Positions 61,631-64,000 of a stretch of 64,000 bases of DNA are shown in pieces. Positions within the stretch are counted from its first letter, which is position 1; each line of letters begins with the position of its first letter. Source of the DNA: Azolla caroliniana (lineage: Eukaryota; Plantae; Polypodiophyta); NCBI GenBank assembly GCA_043228905.1, contig JBHGNT010000017.1, positions 8,494,001 to 8,558,000 on the forward strand, in the 5' to 3' direction. The position numbers and the translations under genes were made by a program. The notes beneath the pieces were generated by a model, which was not told the DNA's origin, made no database searches, and worked only from the letters and a program-made list of their open reading frames with translations.

Positions 61631-63955
61631 TCATGATATGTCTTGTGAAGCCATCTGAGTTTTTACTTCTTGTATATAAGTCCTGAATATCCAGGCTATG
61701 GATTTTAAAGTACAGACATTCCTTTCCTTAACAAAATAATCCAACTTCTGAAACAATAATTTGTGATAGCTCAAAAAGGTAAGTGTTTCCTTACTACTGT
61801 TAGTGGATGATTCATCCTTTGGGATGATATCATCAAAATATGGCCCACATTGCTTCAACAATTTGCACACATTCTGGTTACCCTCCAAATGGGATTGATG
61901 AAATAGTCTATACTTCAGTATATATCTTCAATAACACCCGATATTTTCTGTTTCTCATCATCAACACCTAAAAACCTAAATTTTCCTAGCAAGCTAAGAA
62001 GACTTTCAAGCATTTTATCTACAATAGACTGAAAGACTTTGTGAGGATTAGGAGATGATCTCAAAAAAGAAATAAAACGTTGTAAAATAAGAATACTTAG
62101 ATCAAAAAGTATATTCCCATTGTTTTTGATATATGTTGATGAGCAAAATATAGAAGCAATCCTTAAACATGAACTTGATTTCACACTGGTATAACTATTT
62201 CAGATTCATGAACTGGATTTTTTACATTGGCAATTGAAACAGTATTTTGGTATCCAAATAGTTCAATTTCAGACATCACTAACAACTAAAGTTCAAGTAC
62301 AATCGAAAGACAATCAGGCACTAGAGGGTAACTTGGCCGATCTTGTAATGCGCTTGTTGTTGGTGCCAGATTTTTCTGATTTTACATTCTTCTTTATCTT
62401 AAAGCCTTTAGGTATGAGCTGACTAAGTGGCACTTCATCATCAGAGGCATCAGAGACAGGCGTGGATGCGCGGGCACCTTGTACTGGTGGCAAGCTTGAG
62501 AGAGCAACTATGTTTTCTGCAACTGCAATGCTTGTACACAAATCCACAAAGGTGCTGTCGATAGACAAATTATCACTCATCTCCTGAATGCTTGTACTCC
62601 TAGCGATCTTTATTGCCCTATCATCATCACCGATGCCTATACACTCGTTCTTATTAGACTCCTGTATGTGGACCGTGGCAGTAGTCATGGTCAACTCCTC
62701 TTGTACGGTGGATGTCACCTCATTCTTAAGACAATGTTGTTTGCTCTGAGTACAATCAGGCCCACCTTCATTAGTAACGTTGTTCGCTCTACACTCCTCA
62801 TGGGATTCTGTACAATTAGGCTTATCTTCAGGGAAAGCGATGTTCTTTCCACGATCCTCATGGGCTTCACAAGACACTACTAGCACATTCTCAGTACAAT
62901 CAAGCTCCTCTTCATTACTAGCAATGTTCTTTCCATGATCCTCATGGGAATCTTTAGATAGTACTAGCACATTATCAGTACAATCAGTCTTCTCTTCAGC
63001 ACTTGCCACATTATCAGTACAATCAGTCTTCTCTTCAGTACTTGCCATATTCTTTCCACACTCTTCATGGGCTTCAATCTTCTCTTCAGTACTTGCCATA
63101 TTCTTTCCACACTCATAGGCTTCTTTAGACAGTGTTGTTTGTACATGCCAGCTGCTCTTCACATATGAATGCTTCGTTTTTCTCACAATCCTCATGTGTG
63201 GAAGATGTGCTTCCAGAGTCTGCCTCCTTGCAAAGGTTAATTTGATTCTGACTCTGATGGGAATCTGATTCTGCACTTGTGCTCCATGAAGTTCCCGATT
63301 CATTTGATTGCAGTTGGGAATCATATTGCTCTTGTAAACCTAATTAATGGGATTCCAAAGAATATTGGTATGAACTCACATACTCAAAAGTTTGCAAACA
63401 ATGAACATAGGGTTTAGGGCCACATTTTTACCTAATGTTACATCGTCATACTGTACAGCCGTAGACGCCCCATTGCAAGTGGTGGGCTCGGTCATCTTCT
63501 CCACAACATCTAGGTGCTCAACAGTGTTGTTATGATCTATAATAACAACAAAAATAGGGTTGTTATGAGCTAAATCATTGTTTTCAAAGTCTGGCTTTTG
63601 ACGTGTACCTGGGAGTGTGATAAATTCGTCTTCATGATCAGGTTTTGGACTCGTATCTCCGTCACCAAATATCATTTCATCATCAGCTAGTAACACAAGT
63701 ACATGGTATTAGACAATGGATTAGGTTGACAATGCTCCAGACAGGTGAGAACTTATATGACTCACCATTGCATTCAACTTTGCCTTTCTTGCCGTTTCCA
63801 TACAACATTCTTGCAGCATTTCTCTTCTTACTGGGCTCTATTTGTAAAGAAACTGCATTTCTCTTCTTAGTGGGCTCTATTTCTTGATGTTGACCGGAGC
63901 TTGGGGAATTTGTTTGTAGAAGCATATGTTCCACTGCTCCAATGGCCCTTCTCAT
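61631..63955 (-). pseudogene. Fragmented minus-strand reading frame of unknown function (largest piece 62314-63324 with acidic peptide repeats)
   Basis: Successive same-strand ORFs; repeats such as EECGKNMASTEEK / DCTDNV. No domain recognised. Confidence 0.4.
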
Positions 63956-64000
63956 ACATTCATCCTCATCATAAAAATCATAGGTTATTGATAATGATGG

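Larger units (their letters stand above)
50293..64000 (+). mobile_element. DNA transposon, Sola2-like (left end at the array breakpoint; right end not seen)
   Basis: Abrupt switch from array sequence at 50293-50297, subterminal repeats, DDD-type transposase motifs. Left terminus and right extent are uncertain. Confidence 0.6.

Overview
Eukaryotic, TE-saturated nuclear DNA with no recognisable host protein gene. The TE mix and the plant-type tRNA point to a non-seed land plant (inference). (1) 1-29.0 kb is a nested retrotransposon stack: decayed Ty1/copia pieces and a solo LTR, two LINE remnants, a hAT-type MITE, and a full-length Ty3/gypsy (9075-23388; tRNA-Trp PBS, 4-bp TSD). That gypsy carries a young, nearly intact, apparently self-priming chromovirus (14057-19741) whose LTRs contain a tRNA-like A/B-box cassette. 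(2) About 29.07-50.30 kb is a ~21-kb tandem array of 28 full-length tRNA-Gly(UCC) genes on the minus strand. Each alternates with a decayed tRNA-Gly paralogue, and the array is organised as nested higher-order repeats (~350 bp, ~700 bp, ~1.4 kb, 1651 bp, 6572 bp). (3) 50.3-64 kb is a Sola2-like DNA transposon that truncates the array. Its 3-exon transposase pseudogene is split by a very young copia (52717-58453; matching 813-bp LTRs, TSD TGCTG), and a convergent decayed ORF of unknown function follows. The tRNA-Gly higher-order array is the most unusual structure. All coordinates and comparisons were read by eye.
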